Below, piece by piece: positions 38,560 to 52,865 of a stretch of 64,000 nucleotides of DNA. The DNA is taken from the NCBI RefSeq assembly GCF_964204645.1, contig NC_134032.1:14248275-14312274 (forward strand). Direction: 5' to 3'. Origin of the DNA: Tubulanus polymorphus. Lineage: Eukaryota > Animalia > Nemertea. How positions within the stretch are numbered: position 1 is the first letter of the stretch; the number at the start of each line of letters is the position of its first letter. The notes beneath the pieces are model-generated. The model was not told where the DNA came from. It saw only the letters and a program-made list of their open reading frames with translations, and made no database searches. Made by a program: the position numbers and the translations under genes.

Positions 38560-41500
38560 AAACTTGCCAAAACTCAATATCACCGCATTACAGAGTGTAT
38601 TAATTAACGCGCAGCAGCAAGCAGCAGTATTTAAGGAGGTCATCAGTGTTGTACCAGACTGACAATTCAGTTTGTTTGTCATGTTTCTACATGACAGTTG
38701 AAGAAGGAAGGAGGAGACTCCTGCACTCAATATCACCCCTGAACAGAGTGTATTTATTAACACTCAGCAGCAAGCAGCAGTATTAAAGGTAGTCATCAGT
38801 GTTGTAACACTCTGACAATTCAGTTTGTTTGTCACGTTTCTACATGACAGTTGAAGAAGGAAGCAGGAGACCCCTGAACTCAATATCACCCCAACAGAGT
38901 GTATTAATTAACACCCAGCAGCAAGCAGCAGTATTAAAGGAGGTCATCAGTGTTGTAACACACTGACAATTCAGTTTGTTTGTCACGTTTCTACATGACA
39001 GCTGAAGCAGGAAGGAGGAGACTACTGAACTCAATATCACCCCAAAACAGAGTGTATAAATTAACACGCAGCAGCAAGCAGCAGAATTAAAGGAGGTCAT
39101 CAGTGTTGTAACGCACTGACAATTCAGTTCGTTTGTCACGTTTCTACATTACAGTTGAAGAAGGAAGGAGGAGACTCCTGAACTCAATATCACCCCAAAA
39201 CAGAGTGTATAAATTAACACGCAGCAGCAAGCAGCAGTATTAAAGGAGGTCATCAGTGTATAATGCACAGACAATTCAGTTCGTTTGTCACGTTTCTACA
39301 TGACAGTTGAAGAAGGAAGGAGGAGACTCCTGAACTCAATATCACCCCAAAACAGAGCCAGCAGCAAGCAGCAGTATTTAAGGAGGATGATTCATGATGT
39401 TATAATGTTTAATGTAATAATTCTTATAGTAATAATGTTTAATGTAATAATTCAAGAAGTTCATGGAAGGTGGTAAGAATTAACACCCAGCAGCAAGCAG
39501 CAGTATTAAAGGAGGTCATCAGTGTTGTAACGCACTGACAATTCAGTTCCTTTGTCACCTTTCTACATGACAGTTGAAGAAGGAAGGAGGAGACTCCTGC
39601 ACTCAATATCACCCCAAAAACAGAGTGTATCAATTAACACCCAGCAGCAAGCAGCAGTATTAAAGGAGGTCATCAGTGTTGTAACGCACTGACAATTCAG
39701 TTCCTTTGTCACGTTTCTACATGACAGTTGAAGAAGGAAGGAGGAGACTCCTGACCTCAATATCACCCCAAAACAGAGTGTATCAATTAACACCCAGCAG
39801 CAAGCAGCAGTATTAAAGGTAGTCATCAGTGTTGTAACGCACTGACAATTCAGTTCCTTTGTCACGTTTCTACATGACAGCTGAAGCAGGAAGGAGGAGA
39901 CTCCTGAACTCAATATCACCCCAAAACAGAGCCAGCAGCAAGCAGCAGTATTTAAGGAGGATGATTCATGATGTTATAATGTTTAATGTAATAATTCTTA
40001 TAGTAATAATGTTTAATGTAATAATTCAAGAAGTTCATGGAAGGTGGTAAGAATCAACACCCAGCAGCAAGCAGCAGTATTAAAGGAGGTCATCAGTGTT
40101 GTAACGCACTGACAATTCAGTTCCTTTGTCACGTTTCTACATGACAGTTGAAGAAGGAAGGAGGAGACTCCTAACTCAATATCACCCCAAAACAGAGTGT
40201 ATAAATTAACACGCAGCAGCAAGCAGCAGTATTAAAGGAGGTCATCAGTGTTTAATGCACAGACAATTCAGTTCGTTTGTCACGTTTCTACATGACAGTT
40301 GAAGAAGGAAGGAGGAGACTCCTGAACTCAATATCACCCCAAAACAGAGCCAGCAGCAAGCAGCAGTATTTAAGGAGGATGATTCATGATGTTATAATGT
40401 TTAATGTAATAATTCTTATAGTAATAATGTTTAATGTAATAATGCAAGAAGTTCATGGAAGGTGGTAAGAATTAACACCCAGCAGCAAGCAGCAGTATTA
40501 AAGGAGGTCATCAGTGTTGTAACGCACTGACAATTCAGTTCCTTTGTCACGTTTCTACATGACAGTTGAAGAAGGAAGGAGGAGACTCCTGCACTCAATA
40601 TCACCACAAAACAGAGTGTATCAATTAACACCCAGCAGCAAGCAGCAGTATTAAAGGAGATCATCAGTGTTGTAACGCACTGACAATTCAGTTCCTTTGT
40701 CACGTTTCTACATGACAGTTGAAGAAGGAAGGAGGAGACTCCTGAACTCAATATCACCCCAAAACAGAGCCAGCAGCAAGCAGCAGTATTTAAGGAGGAT
40801 GATTCATGATGTTATAATGTTTAATGTAATAATTCTTATAGTAATAATGTTTATTGTAATAATTCAAGAAGTTCATGGAAGGTGGTAAGAATTAACACCC
40901 AGCAGCAAGCAGCAGTATTAAAGGAGGTCATCAGTGTTGTAACGCACTGACAATTCAGTTCCTTTGTCACGTTTCTACATGACAGTTGAAGAAGGAAGGA
41001 GGAGACTCCTGAACTCAATATCACCCCAACAGAGTGTATTAATTAACACCCAGCAGTAAGCAGCAGTATTAAAGGAGGTCATCAGTGTTGTAATGCACTG
41101 ACAATTCAGTTCCTTTGTCACGTTTCTACATGACAGTTGAAGAAGGAAGGAGGAGACTCCTGAACTCAATATCACCCCAAAACAGAGCCAGCAGCAAGCA
41201 GCAGTATTTAAGGAGGATGATTCATGATGTTATAATGTTCAATGTAATAATTCTTATAGTAATAATGTTTAATGTAATAATTCAAGAAGTTCATGGAAGG
41301 TGGAAAGAATCAACACCCAGCAGCAAGCAGCAGTATTAAAGGAGGTCATCAGTGTTGTAACGCACTGACAATTCAGTTCCTTTGTCACGTTTCTACATGA
41401 CAGTTGAAGAAGGAAGGAGGAGACTCCTGAACTCAATATCACCCCAACAGAGTGTATTAATTACCACCCAGCAGTAAGCAGCAGTATTAAAGGAGGTCAT

Positions 41501-44500
41501 CAGTGTTGTAACACACTGACAATTCAGTTTGTTTGTCACGTTTCTACATGACAGCTGAAGCAGGAAGGAGGAGACTACTGAACTCAATATCACCCCAAAA
41601 CAGAGTGTATAAATTAACACGCAGCAGCAAGCAGCAGTATTAAAGGAGGTCATCAGTGTTGTAACGCACTGACAATTCAGTTCGTTTGTCACGTTTCTAC
41701 ATTACAGTTGAAGAAGGAAGGAGGAGACTCCTGAACTCAATATCACCCCAAAACAGAGTGTATAAATTAACACGCAGCAGCAAGCAGCAGTATTAAAGGA
41801 GGTCATCAGTGTATAATGCACAGACAATTCAGTTCGTTTGTCACGTTTCTACATGACAGTTGAAGAAGGAAGGAGGAGACTCCTGAACTCAATATCACCC
41901 CAAAACAGAGCCAGCAGCAAGCAGCAGTATTTAAGGAGGATGATTCATGATGTTATAATGTTTAATGTAATAATTCTTATAGTAATAATGTTTAATGTAA
42001 TAATTCAAGAAGTTCATGGAAGGTGGTAAGAATTAACACCCAGCAGCAAGCAGCAGTATTAAAGGAGGTCATCAGTGTTGTAACGCACTGACAATTCAGT
42101 TCCTTTGTCACCTTTCTACATGACAGTTGAAGAAGGAAGGAGGAGACTCCTGCACTCAATATCACCCCAAAAACAGAGTGTATCAATTAACACCCAGCAG
42201 CAAGCAGCAGTATTAAAGGAGGTCATCAGTGTTGTAACGCACTGACAATTCAGTTCCTTTGTCACGTTTCTACATGACAGTTGAAGAAGGAAGGAGGAGA
42301 CTCCTGACCTCAATATCACCCCAAAACAGAGTGTATCAATTAACACCCAGCAGCAAGCAGCAGTATTAAAGGTAGTCATCAGTGTTGTAACGCACTGACA
42401 ATTCAGTTCCTTTGTCACGTTTCTACATGACAGCTGAAGCAGGAAGGAGGAGACTCCTGAACTCAATATCACCCCAAAACAGAGCCAGCAGCAAGCAGCA
42501 GTATTTAAGGAGGATGATTCATGATGTTATAATGTTTAATGTAATAATTCTTATAGTAATAATGTTTAATGTAATAATTCAAGAAGTTCATGGAAGGTGG
42601 TAAGAATCAACACCCAGCAGCAAGCAGCAGTATTAAAGGAGGTCATCAGTGTTGTAACGCACTGACAATTCAGTTCCTTTGTCACGTTTCTACATGACAG
42701 TTGAAGAAGGAAGGAGGAGACTCCTAACTCAATATCACCCCAAAACAGAGTGTATAAATTAACACGCAGCAGCAAGCAGCAGTATTAAAGGAGGTCATCA
42801 GTGTTTAATGCACAGACAATTCAGTTCGTTTGTCACGTTTCTACATGACAGTTGAAGAAGGAAGGAGGAGACTCCTGAACTCAATATCACCCCAAAACAG
42901 AGCCAGCAGCAAGCAGCAGTATTTAAGGAGGATGATTCATGATGTTATAATGTTTAATGTAATAATTCTTATAGTAATAATGTTTAATGTAATAATGCAA
43001 GAAGTTCATGGAAGGTGGTAAGAATTAACACCCAGCAGCAAGCAGCAGTATTAAAGGAGGTCATCAGTGTTGTAACGCACTGACAATTCAGTTCCTTTGT
43101 CACGTTTCTACATGACAGTTGAAGAAGGAAGGAGGAGACTCCTGCACTCAATATCACCACAAAACAGAGTGTATCAATTAACACCCAGCAGCAAGCAGCA
43201 GTATTAAAGGAGATCATCAGTGTTGTAACGCACTGACAATTCAGTTCCTTTGTCACGTTTCTACATGACAGTTGAAGAAGGAAGGAGGAGACTCCTGAAC
43301 TCAATATCACCCCAAAACAGAGCCAGCAGCAAGCAGCAGTATTTAAGGAGGATGATTCATGATGTTATAATGTTTAATGTAATAATTCTTATAGTAATAA
43401 TGTTTATTGTAATAATTCAAGAAGTTCATGGAAGGTGGTAAGAATTAACACCCAGCAGCAAGCAGCAGTATTAAAGGAGGTCATCAGTGTTGTAACGCAC
43501 TGACAATTCAGTTCCTTTGTCACGTTTCTACATGACAGTTGAAGAAGGAAGGAGGAGACTCCTGAACTCAATATCACCCCAACAGAGTGTATTAATTAAC
43601 ACCCAGCAGTAAGCAGCAGTATTAAAGGAGGTCATCAGTGTTGTAATGCACTGACAATTCAGTTCCTTTGTCACGTTTCTACATGACAGTTGAAGAAGGA
43701 AGGAGGAGACTCCTGAACTCAATATCACCCCAAAACAGAGCCAGCAGCAAGCAGCAGTATTTAAGGAGGATGATTCATGATGTTATAATGTTCAATGTAA
43801 TAATTCTTATAGTAATAATGTTTAATGTAATAATTCAAGAAGTTCATGGAAGGTGGAAAGAATCAACACCCAGCAGCAAGCAGCAGTATTAAAGGAGGTC
43901 ATCAGTGTTGTAACGCACTGACAATTCAGTTCCTTTGTCACGTTTCTACATGACAGTTGAAGAAGGAAGGAGGAGACTCCTGAACTCAATATCACCCCAA
44001 CAGAGTGTATTAATTACCACCCAGCAGTAAGCAGCAGTATTAAAGGAGGTCATCAGTGTTGTAACACACTGACAATTCAGTTTGTTTGTCACGTTTCTAC
44101 ATGACAGCTGAAGCAGGAAGGAGGAGACTACTGAACTCAATATCACCCCAAAACAGAGTGTATAAATTAACACGCAGCAGCAAGCAGCAGTATTAAAGGA
44201 GGTCATCAGTGTTGTAACGCACTGACAATTCAGTTCGTTTGTCACGTTTCTACATTACAGTTGAAGAAGGAAGGAGGAGACTCCTGAACTCAATATCACC
44301 CCAAAACAGAGTGTATAAATTAACACGCAGCAGCAAGCAGCAGTATTAAAGGAGGTCATCAGTGTATAATGCACAGACAATTCAGTTCGTTTGTCACGTT
44401 TCTACATGACAGTTGAAGAAGGAAGGAGGAGACTCCTGAACTCAATATCACCCCAAAACAGAGCCAGCAGCAAGCAGCAGTATTTAAGGAGGATGATTCA

Positions 44501-46765
44501 TGATGTTATAATGTTTAATGTAATAATTCTTATAGTAATAATGTTTAATGTAATAATTCAAGAAGTTCATGGAAGGTGGTAAGAATTAACACCCAGCAGC
44601 AAGCAGCAGTATTAAAGGAGGTCATCAGTGTTGTAACGCACTGACAATTCAGTTCCTTTGTCACCTTTCTACATGACAGTTGAAGAAGGAAGGAGGAGAC
44701 TCCTGCACTCAATATCACCCCAAAAACAGAGTGTATCAATTAACACCCAGCAGCAAGCAGCAGTATTAAAGGAGGTCATCAGTGTTGTAACGCACTGACA
44801 ATTCAGTTCCTTTGTCACGTTTCTACATGACAGTTGAAGAAGGAAGGAGGAGACTCCTGACCTCAATATCACCCCAAAACAGAGTGTATCAATTAACACC
44901 CAGCAGCAAGCAGCAGTATTAAAGGTAGTCATCAGTGTTGTAACGCACTGACAATTCAGTTCCTTTGTCACGTTTCTACATGACAGCTGAAGCAGGAAGG
45001 AGGAGACTCCTGAACTCAATATCACCCCAAAACAGAGCCAGCAGCAAGCAGCAGTATTTAAGGAGGATGATTCATGATGTTATAATGTTTAATGTAATAA
45101 TTCTTATAGTAATAATGTTTAATGTAATAATTCAAGAAGTTCATGGAAGGTGGTAAGAATCAACACCCAGCAGCAAGCAGCAGTATTAAAGGAGGTCATC
45201 AGTGTTGTAACGCACTGACAATTCAGTTCCTTTGTCACGTTTCTACATGACAGTTGAAGAAGGAAGGAGGAGACTCCTAACTCAATATCACCCCAAAACA
45301 GAGTGTATAAATTAACACGCAGCAGCAAGCAGCAGTATTAAAGGAGGTCATCAGTGTTTAATGCACAGACAATTCAGTTCGTTTGTCACGTTTCTACATG
45401 ACAGTTGAAGAAGGAAGGAGGAGACTCCTGAACTCAATATCACCCCAAAACAGAGCCAGCAGCAAGCAGCAGTATTTAAGGAGGATGATTCATGATGTTA
45501 TAATGTTTAATGTAATAATTCTTATAGTAATAATGTTTAATGTAATAATGCAAGAAGTTCATGGAAGGTGGTAAGAATTAACACCCAGCAGCAAGCAGCA
45601 GTATTAAAGGAGGTCATCAGTGTTGTAACGCACTGACAATTCAGTTCCTTTGTCACGTTTCTACATGACAGTTGAAGAAGGAAGGAGGAGACTCCTGAAC
45701 TCAATATCACCCCAAAACAGAGCCAGCAGCAAGCAGCAGTATTTAAGGAGGATGATTCATGGTGTTATAATGTTTAATGTAATAATTCTTATAGTAATAA
45801 TGTTTATTGTAATAATTCAAGAAGTTCATGGAAGGTGGTAAGAATTAACACCCAGCAGCAAGCAGCAGTATTAAAGGAGGTCATCAGTGTTGTAACGCAC
45901 TGACAATTCAGTTCCTTTGTCACGTTTCTACATGACAGTTGAAGAAGGAAGGAGGAGACTCCTGAACTCAATATCACCCCAACAGAGTGTATTAATTACC
46001 ACCCAGCAGTAAGCAGCAGTATTAAAGGAGGTCATCAGTGTTGTAATGCACTGACAATTCAGTTCGTTTGTCACGTTTCTACATGACAGTTGAAGAAGGA
46101 AGGAGGAGACTCCTGAACTCAATATCACCCCAAAACAGAGCCAGCAGCAAGCAGCAGTATTTAAGGAGGATGATTCATGATGTTATAATGTTTAATGTAA
46201 TAATTCTTATTGTAATAATGTTTAATGTAATAATTCAAGAAGTTCATGGAAGGTGGTAAGAATTAACACCCAGCAGCAAGCAGCAGTATTAAAGGAGGTC
46301 ATCAGTGTTGTAACGCACTAACAATTCAGTTCCTTTGTCACGTTTCTACATGACACTTGAAGAAGGAAGGAGGAGACTCCTGAACTCAATATCACTCCAA
46401 AACAGAGTGCATTAATTAACACCCAGCACCAAGCAGCAGTATTAAAGGAGGTCATCAGTGTTGTAATGCACTGACAATTCAGTTCCTTTGTCACGTTTCT
46501 ACATGACACTTGAAGAAGGAAGGAGGAGACTCCTGAACTCAATATCACTCCAAAACAGAGTGTATTAATTAACACCCAGCCCCAAGCAGCAGTATTAAAG
46601 GAGGTCATCAGTGTTGTAACGCACTGACAATTCAGTTCCTTTGTCACGTTTCTACATGACACTTGAAGAAGGAAGGAGGAGACTCCTGAACTCAATATCA
46701 CTCCAAAACAGAGTGTATTAATTAACACCCAGCACCAAGCAGCAGGATTAAAGGAGGTCATCAGT
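38560..46765. repeat. 153/267-bp satellite block 2 with 2553-bp higher-order repeat
   Basis: Matching ORFs at 38840/41393/43946 and 40277/42830/45383. Confidence 0.95.
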
Positions 46766-47819
46766 TATAAATTAGCAGTAATTTACCCACAGTGTTTTGT
46801 AGCACTTAACTTTCATCACCACCAATTGATTTAGCAGTAATTGATCCATAGTTTGAAATGTGGTGCAATCAATGAGCAATTTCAAACTTTTCTATTAAGG
46901 AAACCACAGCAAAAAACTAAATGTATATAAAAAAGGAGTGTCTTATTTAATTTTTGATGAGAAAGGAGAGAGAGGAGAGGAGGCATGTACACCTAACACA
47001 ACGTTTAAAACTCAATATCACAACCAAAACAGTTGAATGATAGCAAGCATCAGCAACATGAAGTTTTCAAATAAGGAAGTTATCAGTATTGTAAGTCACA
47101 TCTATTTGACAATTCAAGAAGGCAAGGGAAGGAGAAGAGACTACAAAACTCAATATCACCCTTAGAACAGAGTGGAATGAGCAACATGCAGTAGCAAACA
47201 ACAGTATTTGCCATGTTTCTACATGACGAAAGGAGTATCTTCTGTATTTGATACTCGTTTGATGTCATAGCAAGGCCATTACCAGGAGTTATAGAGAACA
47301 AAAGGAGAAGCCATGCCACCACAAGATTTTAATTGTCTATGATTTTGATATTGTATATAAAAATGGCACGATATATCACCTCGTAGCAGAGGAAGGAGGT
47401 AGAACAAACCACAAGATCAGTACATCTATCAATGTTTCATTACATGTATCATTGTTTCAAGACACCAACTTTCAGTGTTTTGTAACACTTACCTTTATCA
47501 CCACCAATTGATTTAGCAGTAATTCACATTTCGTGATGAGAGAGAGGAGAGAGAGAGAGAGAGGAGTCTTGTAGGAAATGTAGCGATACACCTATCAAAG
47601 CTTTTTTACAAATGCAAATCAGTCTATTCTAGACTATGGACGTTTGTTGCTGGAGGAGACAAACTGTATTCCAAATTGAAACCCTTATCCCTTTTAGCTT
47701 TTTCTTAAAGAGATCGAACCCACAAGACGTCTGGCAAAGGCTCCAAACATTTTCATAACTGTTTGTGTAGAGCCAATGATAAAACCAGCACTTATCATCA
47801 TCAAACAAAAGCTGAAAAC

Positions 47820-49030
47820 TGCAAACCAGAGGAAGTATGCACAATCGATGAGATGATTGTTCATAGCTGCAACCAATGGAGTGAACTGCAACCAGTGAGG
47901 GAGAAGTATGCACAATCAATGAGATGATTGTTCATAGCTGCAACCAATAGAGTGAACTGCAACCGGTGAGGGGAAGTATGCACAATCGATGAGATGATTG
48001 TTCATAGCTGCAACCAATAGAGTGAACTGCAACCAGTGAGGGAGAAGTATGCACAATCAATGAGATGATTGTTCATAGCTGCAACCAATAGAGTGAACTG
48101 CAACCAGTGAGGGGGAAGTATGCACAATCAATGAGATGATTGTTCATAGCTGCAACAAATCAAGTGAACTGCAACAAGTGAGGGGAAATTATATTTCAAA
48201 CCAGTGAGGGGAAATTAGCTCAATCATTGAGATGATTGTTCATAGCTGCAACCAATGGAGATAGCTGCAACCAGTGAGGGGGAAGTATGCACAATCAATG
48301 AGATGATTGTTCATAGCTGCAACCAATAGAGTGAACTGCAACCAGTGAGGGGAAGTATGCACAATCGATGAGATGATTGTTCATAGCTGCAACCAATAGA
48401 GTGAACTGCAACCAGTGAGGGGGAAGTATGCACAATCAATGAGATGATTGTTCATAGCTGCAACCATTCAAGTGAACTGCAACAAGTGAGGGGAAATTAT
48501 ATTTCAAACCAGTGAGGGGAAATTAGCTCAATCATTGAGATGATTGTTCATAGCTGCAACCAATGGAGATTGCTGCAACCAGTGAGGGGGAAGTATGCAC
48601 AATCAATGAGATGATTGTTCATAGCTGCAACGAATGGAGTGAACTGCAACCAGTGAGGGGAAATTATATTTCAAACCAGTGAGGGGAAATTAGCTCAATC
48701 ATTGAGATGATTGTTCATAGCTGCAACCAATGAAGTGACAACCAGTGAGGGGAAAATATGCACAATCAATGAGATGATTGTTCATAGCTGCAACCAATCA
48801 AGTGACAACATGTGAGGGGAAAGTATGTACAATCAATGAGATGATTGTTTGTAGCTGCAACCAATCAAATGAACTGCGACCAGTGAGGGGAAATTATATT
48901 TCAAACCAGTGAGGGGAAATTAGCTCAATCATTGAGATGATTGTTCATAGCTGCAACCAATGAAGTGACAACCAGTGAGGGGGAAGTATGCAAAATCGAT
49001 GAGATGATTTTTTTCATAACTGCAACCAAT
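47820..49030. repeat. ~71-bp satellite
   Basis: AGTATGCACAATCAATGAGATGATTGTTCATAGCTGCAACCAAT repeated. Confidence 0.92.
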
Positions 49031-49682
49031 GATGGTAAAACATATACATTGGGTTTGCAATTCCATTGATTATTCATAATGATGTATAGTTTTTGTCAGC
49101 TGGAGCCTGGTACGTCTTCACCTCCGGACAAAAAATCTAGTGTTTCTTTATTCATGATTTGCCACCCAAAATTGATTGTCAAGGTAATTGTAGGATGTAG
49201 CAGTAGTTTACAATCAGTAGTTCCAGTAATGAATTAACAAAAGTGTTAGTCGCCAGCAACTAGCAAAGTACCAATCCACCGACGGGGTTGGTTCTGTAAT
49301 ACATAAGTATATAAGACATAAAAATACCTTTATAAAATGTGTATTGAAAGATTCAATCATCAGCCTCACTGATGATATACTGTCGACTTATCGTTATTAT
49401 GTAATGGATGAGGCAAATCATGAAAGCGGTTAAAAGTGTAGTAACAACAGAGTTAGTTGTACAACCGTATCGTACAACCAGTGACATGATCACTTCTCGC
49501 AAAATAAGCTTACGATCGCTTCCAAACCTTCAAATGACCCTTCTTACCCAATTTTCTTCGTTATTTCCATCACATCACATCCATTATTTTATTGGTAACT
49601 ATTTACAAATATGATAATTATATGCGAACATGTCATTTATGTGTTATATGCATGATCCTTAATGTTTTTTTTTTCATTCCAG

Positions 49683-50374
49683 ATTTAGACATCATAGACT
49701 CTCTTAACCATGACCAGTCTGAAGCAGCCCGCAGAGCACTTCAAGGATTTAAAGACATTCATACAAGGTGTGTATCTCTCTGCGGGCCTAAGGAACCAAC
49801 TCCAGAAATCATTCCACCATTTGAGTTGGTTCCTTTGCAGGAGGTGGACCCTGCTTCTCCCGTAAATGTGGAGCAGGAGGTCGCCCCTGCAGTGGTGACC
49901 CCGACAGAGGCGCCACAGCTTCAGATGCCTTCACTGCGTTGGTCGCCCCGTCGAAAGACACAAGAAATAAATTACTCAATAGGTTCGGGGCGTCCGAAAC
50001 CAAAAAACAAAGGCAAGCGTGCGGCTCGTCCTCCCCCACCGAGACAACCAAATTTTGAGGAGGCGAGCAGTGATGAGGAGGAATTCGCCACTCCTGGAGC
50101 AACACCACCAGGGCCCGCAACACCACCACCTCGCGATGATACTAGACCACCACGACGACCACGACAACCACCTACTACTAATTCTACTACTACTACCACT
50201 ACTACCACTACTAAGAAAAGACGACCACGACCACCTACTTCAACTGCGACTAGTACTACTACAACTTCGACAACTAGATCAAATAATACAAGAAATAGAA
50301 AAAGAAGACTTGAAGATGAAGAAAGTGATGATGATGATTACGAAAACAATAATGCTGGTGGCTTCTATATTTAA
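49683..50374 (+). CDS. Putative terminal exon of an orphan Pro/Thr/Arg-rich, largely disordered protein
   Basis: Long T tract and CCAG acceptor at 49682; 230 open codons, GC-richer than flanks; basic NLS-like KKRRPR and RKRRL; acidic tail. Confidence 0.55.
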
Positions 50375-50786
50375 TATTTAGAAAATAATGATGCCTAATA
50401 ATTTAATGTTAACTATTATTATTATTTAATATAAACTCGAGTTAACTATTTCTTAGAATCAATAATTTTCGATTTTCTTGATTTTTATAACATTATTGTT
50501 TTTACATTGCAGCAGCAGCAGCAGCAGCAGCAGCATCAGCGACAACAGTACGCGGCGATATACATTGATACCAACAAAACTATACAACTTAAACTTCAAC
50601 TTAAACATCAAACGACTTCAACTTCTACCTCTCCTTTGACCATGTCTACGAAATCAGACATTTTTTGTGGGCTTTTGAAGTTGGTGCGCGCCGAGGTTCT
50701 TGCACTAGATCCGGCATCCCTCGGCGCGTTTTGTGATTTGAGTAAGTACAAACTCTACTTCATCGATCTCATTTAGTTCATCTTGA
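50350..50786 (+). repeat. Left arm of ~435-bp inverted duplication (contains (CAG)n and a putative exon 50513-50741)
   Basis: Near-identical reverse complement of 55467-55900. Confidence 0.95.
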
Positions 50787-50948
50787 TAAAATTTATAAAC
50801 AGTTCATTTCTATAGCGGCCGGGTCTGTTATGGTGAAATTGATCACAATTTTAAAAAAAGTAATGTATAGGGTAGATAGGCGGCCGGCGGGGTCAACATT
50901 TAAGCTCAGCAGAGCGGAGAAACAAGGTATCAATTTTTTTTGGCCTTA
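50784..50948. mobile_element. Truncated copy of the MITE at 60432-60655
   Basis: Aligns with 60492-60655; left TIR missing. Confidence 0.75.
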
Positions 50949-51347
50949 AGTGCAGAAATTTATTCAATTATTTTGTAGAACACTTTTTGATTGCATACAG
51001 GGCCACAGTAAGAGGAAGAATTTGCATTTTATTTCCTCTGAACATGAGGCAAGCGTGTACATATATTTTCTTCTGAATTTTCTCAAAAATGAAGACAAAA
51101 TTTTGACTGATTTGTGGATATTTTATTGTTTAAACTATTTACAGCATGAATTATAACAGAAAAATGACACAAATCATTACACTTCACTGAATCTAAAACC
51201 AGTAAAAGCATTTCACACAACACTGCCCGCTACTGCACCTTCAGAAACAACACTCACTACAAATAAAAAAACATTCATTTTGAAGAACAATATTTAACTA
51301 TCAACACAAATGGCTGTAATTCATTATTCCCAATAGAATATTCATTA

Positions 51348-52006
51348 GGCGCGATCACACGACGAAATTTAGACCGGTCTAAATTTGGTCCGGTCCAATT
51401 TAGACCGGACCAAGCGTTCTAGAAGAGCGAACCAGGTCCGGACCAAATTTTGGACCGGTCTAAATACGCGTGTGTGGACAGAAACTGGTACCAGGTCCGG
51501 TCTAAATCGTAATTCTGAATCTCTGCGGTAGATGTCGCCACCTCTGCGGCAGAGTGTGAGTCCAGTTTATTAAGTTTTAAATGCTTTTATTACCGTTTAC
51601 GTAATTATTTTTAAGTACTGTTTTTACTCCCTATTCAATGGAAACTTTTGGAGCGTAATTCGTATTTGTATATCGCGATCATCATCCGTTTTATTGCCGT
51701 GTTTTAAACCGTGTTTAAACGACACTTAGAGTTTCAGCATGATAATGTATAAACCTGACAAGAGGATCGAATTGGTCAAATGAAGAATGTCGTGCTCTAC
51801 TTGGAATCTGAAAGCAAGACTTCATCCAGGCGTAATAAATCATTTAGCAGATGGCGACATCTTGTGGGCCCGGTGACAAGCGATTTTTTCACCGTGTGTC
51901 ATAACGCCGTGTGAACGCTCACCAAAATTTGGTCCGGTCTAAATTTGGACAGGACCAGGTACGGACCCATTTAGACCGATCTAACTAGTTGTCGTGTAAA
52001 CGCGGC
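51348..52006. mobile_element. Non-autonomous DNA transposon (Harbinger-like) with long subterminal inverted repeats
   Basis: GGCGCGATCACACGAC ... GTCGTGTAAACGCGGC; repeated TTTAGACCGGTCTAAA palindromes at both ends. Confidence 0.75.
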
Positions 52007-52599
52007 TATTGTCAGCAATAGGCCTATCGGTACATCACATATTCATTACATAACTTACCTAGAATGTATAATTCATCTTACAACAGCCATTGATTTATTC
52101 AGAACAACAAAATTCCATGCACAACTGGTATTCATCACACGGTAGACTCTTCCTAAACCGCTATGCTTCCTTTTTATACCGAATTAGGCAGTTACCGGTT
52201 TGAAGAATTGCAAAAAAAAATCAATGGATGAAAAGAATTATTGAGCTTAACGACGGTCAAAATTATCAATTTCTTTGTATTTTATAACATCTGACCGTGT
52301 AGCGAATGGCCACAATTCCTTCTGTAATACACCAGACACAAGTCGTTCAATAGACTGGACATTTCACGTTTCTTTATCCCGCAACATTTTCCTGTTTCGG
52401 TTCACTTGTGATGCCCTTGCATAATGGAAACTAAGACCAGTTTAAGTTATAGTAATAGAACATAAGGCCTCAACCTCTAACACAGATAGAAGATTGATAA
52501 GTAAATGTATTCTATATTGTAAGTGAACAGCCATTACAGTTTACCTGTTTAGGCAGAGAATAAACGGAAATGAAGTGAACATTTACGGGATAAGGGAAG

Positions 52600-52865
52600 C
52601 GTTCTGAGAAACCAGGTCGTCGTGGATTCGAACCCCGTACATTACCGTGTCCCTAGCAAGACACTTATCCTCATTGCCTCTTTGCACCCAGGAATAAATA
52701 AATACCTGGCCTGACAGATGACTCCTGAGCGCCTAGCAGCTGCTCGGATGTTGCTTCTCCCAAGGAGACTATTAAATGGCTGGGGCAATAAAACCGAAAA
52801 TGTAAAGCTCTCTGAGCAGCTGCTGGATTTAGCACTAGACGCATAATATTATAATTATCATTATC
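52600..52865 (+). mobile_element. tRNA-derived CORE-type SINE with L2-like tail
   Basis: B box GGATTCGAACCC, CORE-like GTGTCCCTAGCAAGACACTTATCCTC, tail GTAAAGCTCTCTGAG...ATTATCATT. Confidence 0.65.

Noticed and set aside
34510-46761. Many Cys-rich or hydrophobic ORFs (e.g. 240 aa at 34510-35232)
   Set aside because: Translations of a 153-bp (51-codon) satellite; neighbouring units have frameshifts and stops.
49809-50381. Alternative-frame and antisense ORFs over the orphan exon
   Set aside because: Shadows of low-complexity trinucleotide tracts.
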